From assembly GCA_026023565.1 (NCBI GenBank), contig JAPETS010000004.1, positions 744,001 to 808,000 on the forward strand: a stretch of 64,000 bases of DNA, written 5' to 3'. The notes beneath the pieces are model-generated. The model saw nothing but the letters and a program-made list of their open reading frames with translations, made no database searches and had not been told where the DNA came from. Origin of the DNA: Cirrosporium novae-zelandiae. Its lineage: Eukaryota. The translations under genes were made by a program, and so were the position numbers. Each line of letters begins with the position of its first letter. Within the stretch, counting starts at the first letter, position 1. Shown one piece after another: positions 35,421 through 48,658 of the stretch.

Positions 35421-38190
35421 ATGGATCAGGTAGTTATATATGACGACGATGATATTGACTGGAATACTCAAACCCAGTCGCCACGGGATCTCATCCTCCA
35501 ACTCACCATATCCGCTGTTGTGGGTCTCGCAGCTTTTCTTACTTTCTGCTTTCTAAGGACACGATGGACTGGACTATATGCAGCAAGAAAGAGGCAGTCT
35601 AGTGCTGCCTCCAGACTCCCAGATTTGCCAGAATCCTTTTTCGGATGGATTCCCGTCCTATATCGTATCACCGACCAAGAAGTCCTTTATGCTGCTGGTC
35701 TTGATGCCTTCGTTGTAAGTTCCACTCTCATAACCTCTTCACTTTGATTCATCTAACGGCGCGAAAAGTTCCTCTCTTTTTTTAGACTGGCGATCAAGTT
35801 CCTGACCATCACCTTCTTGTTCTCTCTGGTCATCGTCTTGCCAGTGCACCACTGGTTCGCAGGAGACTGGGCACCATTTCCTGGCGACGGCAATGATAAC
35901 CAAACAGAAATTTTCTCGCAATGGCCTGCGGAGATATCCACACAAACAGCGCAATTCAAAGATGGCACAAAACCACCAAGTAATTATATGTGGATGTATG
36001 TGATTTTCACGTACTTTTTTACAGCACTAGCCATGTACCTCATGATCTTGGAGACGAACAACGTCATCGAAGTCCGACAAAAGTATCTTGGAAGCCAAAC
36101 CACCATAACCGATCGAACCCTTCGCCTCTCGGGTATTCCTGCGAATCTGCAATCGGAAAGCAAGATCAAGGAGTTTTTAGAACAACTAGAAATTGGTAAA
36201 GTGGAGAGTGTTATGCTATGTAGGAATTGGAAAAAGCTGGATGATTTAATGGAAGAAAGAATGAATATCCTCAAAAAGCTGGAAGAGGTTTGGACTGTTC
36301 ACCTAGGATTTCGACGAGTGGAGAGAGACATATCGTCCTTGCCAATTGTTCAACCAAGTCCACCTGGTCCAACAGGTGATACCGATGCTGAAGATGGCCC
36401 GCTTTTATCCGCAATGGGCCATGTCACACCTTACAGGAGGACCAGACCGAAGATCCGAATCCGACGTGGCTTCCTGGACTTTCGAGGAGTATCTACCGAT
36501 GCAATCGATCATTATACAAAGAAACTTCAAAGGCTTGATTCTCAGCTTGAACTCATGCGTAGGATGAAATATAAGCCTACACCTTTGGCTTTCGTAACCA
36601 TGGACTCAGTTGCGGCATGCCAAATGGCCATGCAAGCTATCTTGGATCCGACTCCGATGCAACTTCTGACCAAACCTGCTCCAGCACCTGTAGATGTGAT
36701 TTGGAAAAACACATATCTTCCTAGAAAGAGCAGGATGGCTCGAGCATGGTCAATAACCCTCTTTATTATTTTTCTTACGATTTTCTGGTCTGCTATACTT
36801 GCTCCAATAGCTGGTTTACTGCAACTCAAAACAATTCATAAGTGGTTTCCTAGTCTTGCTGAAGCTATTCAAAGCCATCCAGTTATAACATCTCTCGTAT
36901 CGACTGGTCTTCCCACATTGGCTATATCCCTGTTGAGTACTGCTGTGCCGTACATGTATTACTGTGAGTGTCACACCTTGGAAGCTTCGTTCTTTAACTC
37001 ACTTCATGACAGGGCTTTCAGCTAAACAAGGAATGACTTCGCGCAGTGACGTTGAGCTGTCCGTCATTTCGAAGAATTTCTTCTTCGGTTTCTTCAACCT
37101 CTTCATTGTGTTCACGGCCTTTGGTACAGCATCGAATTTTTATGGGTTTGTAGGCAACCTTCGCGAATTGTTGAAGGACACGACCAAGTTGGCATTTACT
37201 TTGGCAGAAGCTTTGGGAAGACTCGCACCCTTTTACACCAACTTGATTGTTCTTCAAGGCATCGCTTTGTTTCCTTTCAAATTGTTGGAATTTGGTACTG
37301 TCTTTATGTATCCATTCAATTTGATTGGTTCAAAGACTCCAAGAGGTACGTCCACCCTAAATATATTCAATATTCGTAGTCGATCAAGTCAACCCAAAAC
37401 TTAGCTTCAAGTTTAACTCGCGGAATCTGAGACTTTCAAACGGGAATGAAATCCCAATTTCCAAAGACTACACTCCTTGCAAGATCCTTGGATCCCCAAG
37501 AGGCTTAGTTTGGTTACAGTCTTGACTTCTTGCGAACACTGGGCTACTACTATTGTGGTTTTCTCTGTCTAATGCGTTACAGATTATGCCGAGCTTGTTC
37601 AACCTCCGGAGTTCAGTTATGGACTTTACCTCCCACAAACAATTTTGGTCTTTGTGATCTGCACTGTGTATAGTTTATTCGAATACTCCTGGCGACTTCT
37701 TGGGTTCGGCCTGTTATATTTCGTCATAGGTCATTTTGTGCACAAATATCAGCTGCTCTATGCCATGGATCACAGGCAACATTCGACCGGACGAGCATGG
37801 CCCATGATCTGTGCCAGGGTATTCGTTGGAATAATTGTGTTTCAACTCTCAATGTCAGGGTTCCTAGCACTAAAATTGGCAATCAAGCGGTCAATCTTGA
37901 TCCTCCCACTCATTGCATTTACGTTGTGGTTCAGTTATACTTTTAGCCGTTCTTTTGAGCCTCTCACAAAATTCATTGCTTTACGGAGCATAGAACGACC
38001 AGATGGTGAGCACGACCTTCCAACACCCCCCGGAACTCGGTATAGCCTATGGGCAGGCCAGAGAAGAACCGTAGAGGAATCGCAGGAAATGGGTATGAAG
38101 TTTGTCAACCCAAGCCTGGTTGACCCTTTGGAAAAGCCTTGGGTTTCGGCAAATGGTTCTTTGGATAGCCATGACGAAGAAACGGTTTAG
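35421..38190 (+). CDS. CSC1: OSCA/TMEM63/CSC1-family calcium-permeable channel (DUF221), 4 exons
   Basis: SFFGWIPVLY..AGLDAFV; AFVTMDSVAACQMAMQA; PAPAPVDVIWKN; HKYQLLYAMDH..STGRAWP. Confidence 0.9.
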
Positions 38191-38686
38191 GCTAAAGGCT
38201 TTTCATACGGATTATACCCACTACGTCATATTCCGATCGTTTTAGCATTGTTAGAGAAGTATATACACACAGGAAAGGAAGATGTTTATGATGGTTGAAA
38301 TGTTGCTGTTTGTAATGAAGCCTCCCGAGGTAATGTTCATAGTTTTATATCAAATTGGATATCAAGAAATTCCCATGAACACAATTGTCACAATATTACG
38401 CTGACCTTTTCCCTCTTTAATTCTAAATCAGACTCAACTAAATTTTAATAACAATTATATTCGTTATAATATCGTTTAATATTAAAGAGGAATAGCTCAT
38501 CTCCTAGAAGCTACCTAGGTATCTTTCTAATACTCCATTTCAGCTCTCTTTCCAGTGAAAACGCTACAGTCACTCTACTACTTTAGCAATCCAACCCCGA
38601 GCCATCTTTTCAGGTTCTATTTGGTACCATTTCTACATAACCCACAACATTTTACGTCAATCCCAGTTCCTTTAACTTCCCGCGTG

Positions 38687-40521
38687 ATGGCTTCACAATT
38701 CGACGATTCTTATATTGAAGTAGATCCACTAACACCGCAGCAGGAAGATCCTTCACCAAAGCCAATTCTACATATTGAGGCTCGCCTAAGACAAGGGCAC
38801 CACATTCTTCAGCTTGAACGTGTAACTTTCCACCCGGTCCCTACTTTAGTTTCCTTTCCCTCTAACTGCTCCATGGTTTTTAGATTGCTGAGAGTGTTGC
38901 GAAATGGCTCCTCACTGAGTTCAACAACCTGATGATCGGTCAGGAGGTCCTTGGCTGGGAACTTTTGGATGAAGCACAATCACTCGAGTCTATCAGAGCC
39001 GTAGACATCTCAGGAGTCTCCCGTTGCGATCCTCCTATATATGAACTAAGTGAAGTCGACATCGAAGTACAGGCATTTCAGTTAAATCCTTCACGCCCCG
39101 AGGATCTTCATAAAGACCACAGCCAGGATGAAGAGCATAACAGTGGCACGGACATTCCTCAAGCCCGGGTAATGGAATTACCTAGTCAAGACCTGGACAA
39201 AATTTGGGATTCGTATGCCGTCACGCTCATTTCATGGTTTTGCGGCTTGCTGAAGACTCTTTTAGGTTGATATACGACACACCGATTCCAAATTTGCTGC
39301 TGCGCTTTGTAACTAGAATGAGTATGTGAACAAGTATTCCTAATCGCAACTAGGTTGCTATCTCTAACACAACTCTAACAGTGAAGTTATCATCTCGCAT
39401 CTCAGATATAAGACCCCTGGCATGGAATCGCTTGATTCTTCTTTACGGATCCCCAGGCTGCGGAAAGACCAGTCTTTGGTAAATGCAATATCCCTTCACC
39501 ACCACCACCCTTCCTGCAATCACATCATATCGCTAATCAAACCCAAGCCGCGCCCTCGCTCAAAAGCTTTCCATCCGCCTCAGCAAACAGTACTCCCAAA
39601 GCAAGCTGATAGAAATAAACTCGCACTCCCTCTTTAGCAAGTACTTCAGTGAAAGTGGAAAACTAGTGAGCAAGATGTTCGAAGGCATCGAATCGCTGCT
39701 CGACGAAGACGAGGACGTCTTCGTCTGTGTCGTCATTGACGAGGTGGAAAGTTTAGCCATCACTCGCGAAAACGCAGTCCGTGGCAACGAGCCTAACGAT
39801 GCTTTGAGGGTAAGTCGTTCAACTTCCATTCCATCTCTCCTTAACCTACCATGCCACAAACGGACGGGACAAAAAAAAACTCATCCCTTTCCTTCGTATT
39901 TACCAAATCTAGGCCGTCAACGCCCTCCTTACCGCCCTAGACCGACTGCGAACCCGCAAAAACGTAGTCGTCCTCTGCACCAGTAACTTAATCACAGCAA
40001 TGGACTCGGCCTTCCTCGACCGCGCCGACCTAAAAGAGTTAATCCCCAACCCCAGCCCTAAAACCTGCTACGAGATCTTCCGCCGCTGCTTGCTCGACCT
40101 AGCTAGCTGTGGCATCATCTCTCCAGATAACAACGGGGATGGCCTTCCTGACTTCTATGAAATGCGTTTGCAGACCGCGTGTGATGATACCACCAGCGTA
40201 CCCGCCATGCTGGCGAAAGTCGCTACGAAAAGTGAGGTTAGTTTGAAACTCCCAAGGCCTGCTCCCTCACCCTCTCTTCATACGAATCTTAACCTCTACT
40301 CCCATCTTCCAAACCAAACCAAACAAACGCTCAACCCACCCACTTATACTACACAGGCCCTCAGCGCCCGCACCCTAAGGCGCCTCCCAGCCTTAGGCAT
40401 AGCCATGTACTCAGATAAAGAAACCTGCGATCTTAGCGAAGCCATCGACGCACTAAGTAAAGCCGTAGATAAAGAAACCGAAGCGATGCAGACAGCAAGG
40501 AAAAGTAAAATGACCTTTTGA
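38687..40521 (+). CDS. PCH2: Pachytene checkpoint AAA+ ATPase Pch2/TRIP13, multi-exon
   Basis: WNRLILLYGSPGCGKTSLC|RALAQKLSIR, IEINSHSLFSKYFSESGKLV, IDEVESL..GNEPNDALR|AVNALLTALDRL, DSAFLDRAD. Confidence 0.94.
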
Positions 40522-40781
40522 TTATATGTGTATATTTTTTTTTGTTAGGGAACATAGGGGGAAGATGGAGGTTGTGCATCAAAAAAGACTCGTGTGCTCT
40601 GACTGACCTTATTTTATTCATGCTTATCATGCTTAATTCTTTTTCGATTTCATGCAATTCACGAATAGCTACCTACTTATCTACACCTCATCTCTCCCCA
40701 TAAGAATATCCCCAACAACAACAACAATAAAAATATACCCCCTCCCCACCTACTCTCTCACACTTTCTTCCCTGTTCACGC

Positions 40782-43523
40782 TCACAGCACATCCAACTCC
40801 AAACTCGAGTACCCAAACAAAAGCTTCTCATAATCATTCATCACTGAAGATTCATCCTCATCCTCCCGCTGCCCAAGGAAATCCGGAACCCAGTCATGAG
40901 AGCCTTCCGACCACCTCGCTTCAGGATTAGGAATCGTCATTGCAAACGAACTCAAGGCTAGGCGCTCGTCCGCCTCATCCACACCAACCATCGAATCAAC
41001 CTCCGTACCCATGCTCATGCCGTCTACATCTAAATCCGCAACACCTTCATCTAATGCCTCGAGATTGAGTGGAACCCTCCCATTTGTAATGATACGATCC
41101 CCAAATGTAAATCCCCGGGCTGTGGATATCTCGCCATCGAATCCAATATGTCGATTGAAAGTACGTCTAGGGGAATCAGATATCACCATTACTGAATCAC
41201 CGTCTTCGTCTCGGTCATCCTGAATGACATCGCCACCAGCGCGTACTATACATCGTCTTACATCTCCAACCGGGTGTTTTCCCCCATGCATTTGCCACAC
41301 AAAAGCCTCGGCGCCACTGCTAAATGCCCAGACTGTAAAGTCTAGACTAGCATCAACGTGGATTTCGACAAGACCAGAAAGTCGGCCGAACTCCTGACCG
41401 CGCAGAATAACTGGCCACTGAATATTGTCAGATTCTGTTAGGTCCAAATTTCCACTCAGCCTCTCCTGGAGAAGTTCTGACGGCTCCGATCTAGATATTT
41501 CAAAAATGTCTGAAGGAAGCGAGAAAAGAAACAGCCTGTCTCCAAATAATCTGTCGGCGTAGCCTATTACGACTCGTACCCCCCACCGCAAGTCTCTCCC
41601 CGCTGAATAAACGGTCGGAGTAGTATCTTCTGGTCCTTCGAACCTAATCATTCTCAATAATTTTGTTGGTCCTCCAAGGGGTGCATCTTTACCTAGGTAC
41701 ACGGTACTCGTAGATGGATCTGTGAAAAGAACGTGGCACCCATCACTTAATGGGACTGCCTTGTAGTGATCGCAGCTTGTATTTCGTATTTCACTTGATG
41801 AGGCATTAGGACATGGTCGGGGCTTATGACGTTGTGCGAGTGAGGCTTGGGACGGCTCTGCGGTCGAAGAGATTAAGCGTAGCCTTTTAGCCGAATCGAT
41901 TCCAAGTCGGGGAGGAAGAAAATATAAAAAGTTTGAAGGCGCAGTCAGAGGAAACCATCGATTGAGGTCCTCTCCGGTGAGAGCGTCAACCCAGTGAAGC
42001 TCTATTCCAGAAGAACAGCCAAATGCAACGCATCGACGTTGCGGGCAAATAGCAACACTGCTAGGAGGATCCTGGAAGGTACAAAGACTGCGATAGACTA
42101 TCCTATTTCCCTTTTCAACAGGTATTTCGCCGGAGTGGTTGGATGCTTTTCCTGTGCTAACTAAACAGTCTTCCGTGCAAAGGATATTGCGCCAAGCTTC
42201 GAGAGGATCTGTACCATTCTTAATAGCATCTTGTACTTGTCGAAATGTATCGTTCGAGGTAGATGGACTATGATGATACCTTTGTTCTGTCAAGACTGAC
42301 ACGCGAGCCAAGATTTCTTCTCTGGGGCAAATGTGTTTACACCTAGTCAGTCTACCTGCACTCGACTCGAAGTTGCTTTGAATGACTGGCATAGGTAATT
42401 CTGGGTCCTTTGTCATTGCTTGGCTGATATCACAGACCATACCCATTCTCCCATCCATAAGAGAGGCGATGGCAAATCGGTCATATGAAGTGTCCATACT
42501 GACAGCAAGGACCCGGCGAGGACATATTATGCTAGTTATTGCTTGAAGCCTGGCACAATATCCGGGACCCCTGAGCGTGTAGACATATATCATGCAACCG
42601 TCAACCACGAGGATGAACTTTCCGCACATACTAGCAGTGAAGTCAATTGAAGTTTGGGATGCAAGGTCAGAAAAATCTGCCACAGCGGTAACTACTAAAC
42701 TACTCTTTGGTGTTCCAGGTATGCCATTACCGGTATAGTCAGGACTTAAGGAACACTCCCTAGCTAATCTTTTGCTGAGGAGCCATTCCTGAGAATCGTA
42801 AAAGTTCTTTAGGTAGTGGTCCGGGGAGGAAAATGAAATATCCAATTGAGCGGCGGACCACCATCGCCCACGCTTCAGCATCATCGTCAGCATTTGCACT
42901 TCAAGGCTTGCTTCCATCCAATAGTGGCAAGTGTGCCGAGCCGCATTGAAGTCGATTGGAGCAAGGTATCTATATATTTCCTGTATAACCTCCGTTGGTA
43001 AGAAATATACTTTTGGCATTTTCAAGGGAACAACCGCAGTGAGAGTAGTAGACCAATCTCGACAAGTTAGCCGTAAAGCAAGATATTCCATGTGTGAAAT
43101 ATAAGGCAGGAGAGCCTCTGCAATACTGATCGGGAGTTCTGGCGCCCGTCCCAGGTGTGGATGGAATAGAATCAGCGAATCCCGATGACCAACAAATGAG
43201 CGTGGAATGATTTCGCTCGCGCCAGAGCCTGATGAACAACTTGATAGGGTCTCAAAAATCTCTTCGCCGTCGGTAGGCATAGGGCTTGGGCCCTGTTTCC
43301 TTTGAGCAGATTCTCGCGATATAAGACCCATTTGAGCACCAAAGACGTCTAACATTTGACTCCGGGGCGGTACTTGCTGAGGATGATAGTTTGAAGTTTC
43401 TTCTAGTGGGGGAGATAGGCTTGATCTCATTAGATCTTGTTCGGTATGATGCAAACTAATAGAATTCGCACGAGAACCAATAGCGGTGACTTCAATTGAT
43501 TCGCTAGGGTAAACCGTAACCAA
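40782..43523 (-). CDS. F-box domain protein (N-terminus uncertain; frame open further upstream)
   Basis: 913-aa ORF with LPTEVIQEIYRYLAPIDFNAARHTC; CPRRVLAVSMDTS, SVAICPQRRCVAFGCSSGIELHW. Confidence 0.8.
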   Translation of the reverse strand: MVTVYPSESIEVTAIGSRANSISLHHTEQDLMRSSLSPPLEETSNYHPQQVPPRSQMLDVFGAQMGLISRESAQRKQGPSPMPTDGEEIFETLSSCSSGSGASEIIPRSFVGHRDSLILFHPHLGRAPELPISIAEALLPYISHMEYLALRLTCRDWSTTLTAVVPLKMPKVYFLPTEVIQEIYRYLAPIDFNAARHTCHYWMEASLEVQMLTMMLKRGRWWSAAQLDISFSSPDHYLKNFYDSQEWLLSKRLARECSLSPDYTGNGIPGTPKSSLVVTAVADFSDLASQTSIDFTASMCGKFILVVDGCMIYVYTLRGPGYCARLQAITSIICPRRVLAVSMDTSYDRFAIASLMDGRMGMVCDISQAMTKDPELPMPVIQSNFESSAGRLTRCKHICPREEILARVSVLTEQRYHHSPSTSNDTFRQVQDAIKNGTDPLEAWRNILCTEDCLVSTGKASNHSGEIPVEKGNRIVYRSLCTFQDPPSSVAICPQRRCVAFGCSSGIELHWVDALTGEDLNRWFPLTAPSNFLYFLPPRLGIDSAKRLRLISSTAEPSQASLAQRHKPRPCPNASSSEIRNTSCDHYKAVPLSDGCHVLFTDPSTSTVYLGKDAPLGGPTKLLRMIRFEGPEDTTPTVYSAGRDLRWGVRVVIGYADRLFGDRLFLFSLPSDIFEISRSEPSELLQERLSGNLDLTESDNIQWPVILRGQEFGRLSGLVEIHVDASLDFTVWAFSSGAEAFVWQMHGGKHPVGDVRRCIVRAGGDVIQDDRDEDGDSVMVISDSPRRTFNRHIGFDGEISTARGFTFGDRIITNGRVPLNLEALDEGVADLDVDGMSMGTEVDSMVGVDEADERLALSSFAMTIPNPEARWSEGSHDWVPDFLGQREDEDESSVMNDYEKLLFGYSSLELDVL

Positions 43524-43972
43524 TGGAGGAGTCGCCGGTATTAAGGCAGGAGATGTAGGTGCGGAATGAGGGCCGGCGACCCCTCTAGAAAGAAGTATTT
43601 GAGACGACGTGATGGATTCGTAATAAATAGGTGGTGGCGTTCGACGCTGGTAGAATATTGATAGAATAAGAATTGAGAAGAAGAGCGGTAACGAGAATTG
43701 GGACTATAGAGACAGCGGAATCGAAATATCCAAGAGCTAGATTATAATAAACCTAGAAGGGCCATGCAGATCACACTCAAGCTGGAAGGAGCTGAAAGGA
43801 GTTGGATAATTTAGCTAGATATAAATAATTAGGAAGGAACGACACCTGGCTTGGAAGCTAACAAACCAAATACTTGTCCGAGTATTTGCGAAGCCAATGT
43901 TCTTGTCAACAGACTGCTTCAGGCCAGGAGGTTGTTTCTATGTGGACTATCTAATGGTTTTCGCCGCATCTC

Positions 43973-46003
43973 CTAGGTCACTGATATTGATATTATTTTT
44001 ATGTCGGTTTCTGGCTTCTCCTTATAGACTCTCGTGTTTTCAATCCGGTGAATGACATCCATACCCTGGAACGCCCTTCCGAAAATTGTATGCTTCCCAT
44101 CCAACCATGGTGCCTTCTCAACGGTAGTTATGAAGAATTGACTTGCATTTGTATTTGGGCCTGCATTTGCCATGCTCAGCGTATATGCTTTGTCGTGTTT
44201 TAATCCGCCATTGAATTCATCCTCAAACTCTTTACCCCAGATACTCTCACCACCCGTACCATCACCCAAGGGATCTCCACCTTGAATCATGAACTTGCGT
44301 ATAACACGATGGAATATTGTGTTATTATAATAACCGGTTCGAGCATGGGTAACAAAGTTCTCCACGGCCTTGGGTGCCACGAGGGGGAAGAGCCGAAGGT
44401 GAATGTCACCATATGTGGTATGTAGGATGGCGATGGAGCCACTCTCTGTATGCTTTGATTCAGCCTGAGTTCGGGAAGCTTGGTTACGAGGTTTTTCGTT
44501 TTGGACATCCCGTGATGGTCTGTTGATGTCGGTTTCATTGGTGAACATATAAAAGCGTACTTTGCCAGAGGCCGTAGTAGCAAGGAGAGGATCCCTGGCC
44601 TCTGCCTCTTCGAGAAGTGGGTTGGATGATGCCGCCATGGAAATTGTCACGACATTCTTCTTCTGGGGTGCTCCCTGATATAACGCCAAGTTCAGTGCAC
44701 GAAACGGCTCCTCCTGTGCATAAAGTTTGACAATGTGGTTTGTAAGCATGTTGATGGTTTTAATACCGAGAAGAGAACCGTAGATTATGAAATTGCTTGA
44801 TTCGTCAAAGATGATGTTAATTCTGCGATGTAGTGCTGGATGATCCAAATCCCGCTCTACCGCAAGACGACGTCCAAATTCAATATCCTCTAGTTTGATA
44901 TAAGCGGTACCGGCCTGCTGCATGGTAGTAAGGGTAGGGATAGATTCATCGTAGGTACGATGAAGTTTTCCACTAACAAAGTCGAATATTCGTACTTTTC
45001 GATCAGGAAAAGAGAACGTTGCAAAGTGAGTTCCCGAAGGAGATATCGTAATAGAGGTTGGTAGAGATTTAGATTTTTTGAAGTCGAAAAGATTAGTGGA
45101 TGATTTATATTGGAATACAGTATTAGGCTTTTCATAATTCCCGCTAGGTTGCCAGTACTCGACCATTCCATTTTCGTCAGCAGAGACTACACAATCGTAA
45201 CGCTCATTGTAAGCCATAGCTAGAGCAGGTTTACGATGGATGCTCTTCAGCTGGTGAAGAGGGGTCTGATTTTCGCCCCGACCATCGTAAATGTTGATTA
45301 TATTCTCCTCTTCGGAAGAAACGGCTAACAAGGGCAAGGATGCTCCGCGCTGGTGCACCCAACTGATACATCTTGGAACGGTTGAGAGCGTTAGCATCGA
45401 GAGTAGATCTGGAAACGAATTAGCTTCTATATTCTTCATACATAGCACATATCACAAACCAAATGTCACTACATCAAATATCTTCACAGTTTTATCTGCA
45501 CCTGCTGTTGCGAAGCTTCTTCCATCTGAACTTACACTAACCCCCTTGATTTCTCCATTATGTGCTCGAAATTCTTTAACGAATTCAATTCCTTGCGCCA
45601 TCTTCTTCCAGAACTTAACGACACCATCGACGGAGCTCGTAATCAGAAAGTCAGTCAAGGGAGTCATTGTCACAAAGCATAGTTGGTCCCTGTGCATGAG
45701 AGATTTGGAGTAGAGAGGAGAAGTGGGCAAAGCTGAAACGTATAGTTTCTCGTAGGGGAGCTTGCGGCGCTTCTTCTTAGGAGCAGCAGAAGGTAGAACT
45801 GGGCCGAAATCGTCATCCTCCGATGAGGTACCATCTATCACTTAGGTTAGTAAGAGCTATTTAAAAGGTTGGGGCTGTTGAAATAACTTGCTGTTGTAAT
45901 CCTCTCCATTCTTTTGTGAGGTCTGCGCTTCTTTGTCGTCTTGTTCCATCGAGGACTGCGATCTCTTATTTGACCCGGTATCTGTTATATTCCCGGTCTC
46001 CAT
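43973..46003 (-). CDS. PPWD1: WD40-repeat cyclophilin PPWD1/Cyp15, 3 exons
   Basis: YSKSLMHRD..VVKFWKK, EFGRRLAVER, cyclophilin FHRVIRKFMIQGGDPLGDGTGGESIWG. Confidence 0.95.
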
Positions 46004-46291
46004 GACTACGTGAGATTCGTAGTGTATCTTAACGTTAAGTTAAGTAAATGTCAGTTGTTGATGTTGTCCAAGATATTGATTCCCTAAACTCCAGAGTCTC
46101 AAAGTCGGCGGAATCAAAGGCCGACTTCCATCGAGAAATCTTGGCGCAACTTGCTAGGCTTGACGATAATTATTGCAAACTCCCAAACTACACCCCACAT
46201 CCACCACAACTTTTATTTAAGACATATTGAAGCTGTAGTAAGATCTAACAATAATTCTTTTCTCTAGATCTCTGACTCACGTGAATAGACG

Positions 46292-47987
46292 ATGTCAAAT
46301 CCTACGCAAATTTTTGCTAACGACGTCACGGAGGAGAAGGGCGAAAATGCGCGCCTTTCAGCATTCGTGGGAGCTATTGCAGTTGGAGACTTGGTGAAAA
46401 GCACATTGGGACCGAAAGGCATGGACAAAATATTACAATCTGCGTATGCATGTTCAGTGCCTCAGGTGGAAAGCGTCCAAAGTTTGCTAATCAAACTTCA
46501 GCTCAACTGGATCGATATTAGTTACAAACGACGGAGCTACGATTCTAAAGTCTATTGCTTTGGATAATGCTGCAGCAAAAGTTCTCGTGAATATTTCAAA
46601 GGTGCAAGATGACGAAGTTGGTGATGGCACTACATCAGTTGCGGTGCTTGCTGCCGAACTACTTCGAGAAGCCGAGAAATTAGTCGACAAGAAAATACAC
46701 CCACAAACCATCATAGAAGGCTACCGAATAGCTAGTAGTGCAGCCTTGAAAGCATTAGAGGAGTCTGCGGTGGATCACAGTGATGACAAAGAAGCTTTCC
46801 GAAAAGATTTAAGAGCTATTGCAAGGACAACTTTGAGCTCAAAGGTGCTCAGCCAGGACCGTGATCATTTCGCTGACCTCGCATGTGATGCTGTTCTTAG
46901 ATTAAAAGGTTCGACTGACCTAAGTCATATACAAATTATCAAGAAGTCTGGTGGGAAACTTAATGATTCTTACTTGGATGAAGGCTTCATACTTGACAAA
47001 CGGATCGGCGTCAATCAGCCAAAACGGCTTGAGAACGCCAAGATTCTTGTTGCCAATACTGCCATGGACACAGACAAAATTAAGATATTCGGGGCCAGAG
47101 TGAAGGTGGACTCTACAGGAAAGTTGGCTGAACTTGAGAAAGCGGAAAAGGAGAAAATGAAAGCAAAGGTAGAAAAGATTAAAGCTCATGGTGTCAATTG
47201 CTTTGTGAATCGTCAATTGATCTACAATTGGCCTGAACAACTCTTTGCTGAAGCCGGAATTGTTTCCATCGAACATGCAGACTTTGATGGTATTGAAAGG
47301 TTAGCTCTTGTGACAGGAGGGGAGATCACTTCTACATTTGACCATCCTGAACAAGTCAAACTTGGCCATTGTGATTTAATTGAGGAAGTCATCATAGGAG
47401 AGGATACTTTGATCAAGTTTTCCGGGGTTGCTGCAGGACAGGCATGTACTGTCGTATTGCGTGGAGCCACAGAGCAGCTTCTCGATGAATCCGAAAGATC
47501 TCTGCATGATGCGCTCGCTGTTCTATCTCAGACTGTCAAGGAACCAAAGGTGACCTTGGGTGGTGGCAGTGCTGAGATGCTGATGGCCAAAGCTGTCGAC
47601 GAAGCTGCGAAAAAGGTTGCGGGAAAGAAAGCCATTGCTGTGGACTCTTTTGCAACAGCTCTTCGACAGTTACCAACAATACTTGCAGACAATGCTGGTT
47701 ACGATTCCAGCGATCTTGTGGCAAGACTCCGGTCAGCAATCTACAATGGCAAAACCAATTCGGGTCTAAACCTTCTGACACCTGGCGGGGATATTGCGGA
47801 TATGCGAGAGTTAGGAGTAATCGAGAGTTACAAACTCAAGCGAGCTGTGGTATCTTCAGCATCTGAGGCTGCAGAGGTATGAATCATTATTTCCCCCATA
47901 TATATTTTCAATGCTAACCAAGACCAGTTGCTATTGAGAGTCGACAACATCATAAGAAGTGCCCCAAGGAAAAGGGAAAGGATGTGA
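46292..47987 (+). CDS. CCT2: Chaperonin CCT subunit beta, 3 exons
   Basis: [59 protein letters not shown]. Confidence 0.97.
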
Positions 47988-48658
47988 GTGCGGCTAAGTT
48001 CATCTCTCGGTCTTAGCGCCGGGCTCTCCTGCTATGTTCACATGACTACTTGCAAGGAATGGCGTTCGCAAAAAGGAAGAGCGATTGAAGAGCGTTATGA
48101 CTAAATGTGCTGTACATGATGAGAGGTTGGACAAGCTTGCGTTAGTATCTGATGACTCAGGACAGCAAGGCATGATAATTAGACGATTAGCAAAGCGATA
48201 TTCTGATAGATGTGCAGGAATGAAAAAAAATGATGATTGTATGCTCATTTATTGTTAGATGAGAACATGGTTATATACGGTGGTAGGAATTAAAGTATTT
48301 CTCTAGGGCCAAGCTCTCATCCAAATATAGTTTAGCTCCAGGCACATGAGGCCATAAAGCTTCGATTAGATCCGAGTGTCCGTCCCATTACAAGAAAATA
48401 ATGCAGGGGAGCTTTTTCCTATTGTTGTCCAGTATTTAACTGCCAACGTCCGCTTCTTTGTACTTGATTTATGAAAAAGAAATTTTTGTAGATAGCTTAC
48501 AGCTCCATAGTTATTACTATATTAGACATCTTACCATCTCCACTCAAGTCATCCCCACACAGGAATGTTTTAAGTTTCATCATTGGTGACAACGTGATAT
48601 CGGTTGGGACAACACATTAACCTTCCAACCTCAATCCCAAGCAGCAGCGATTTTTATC

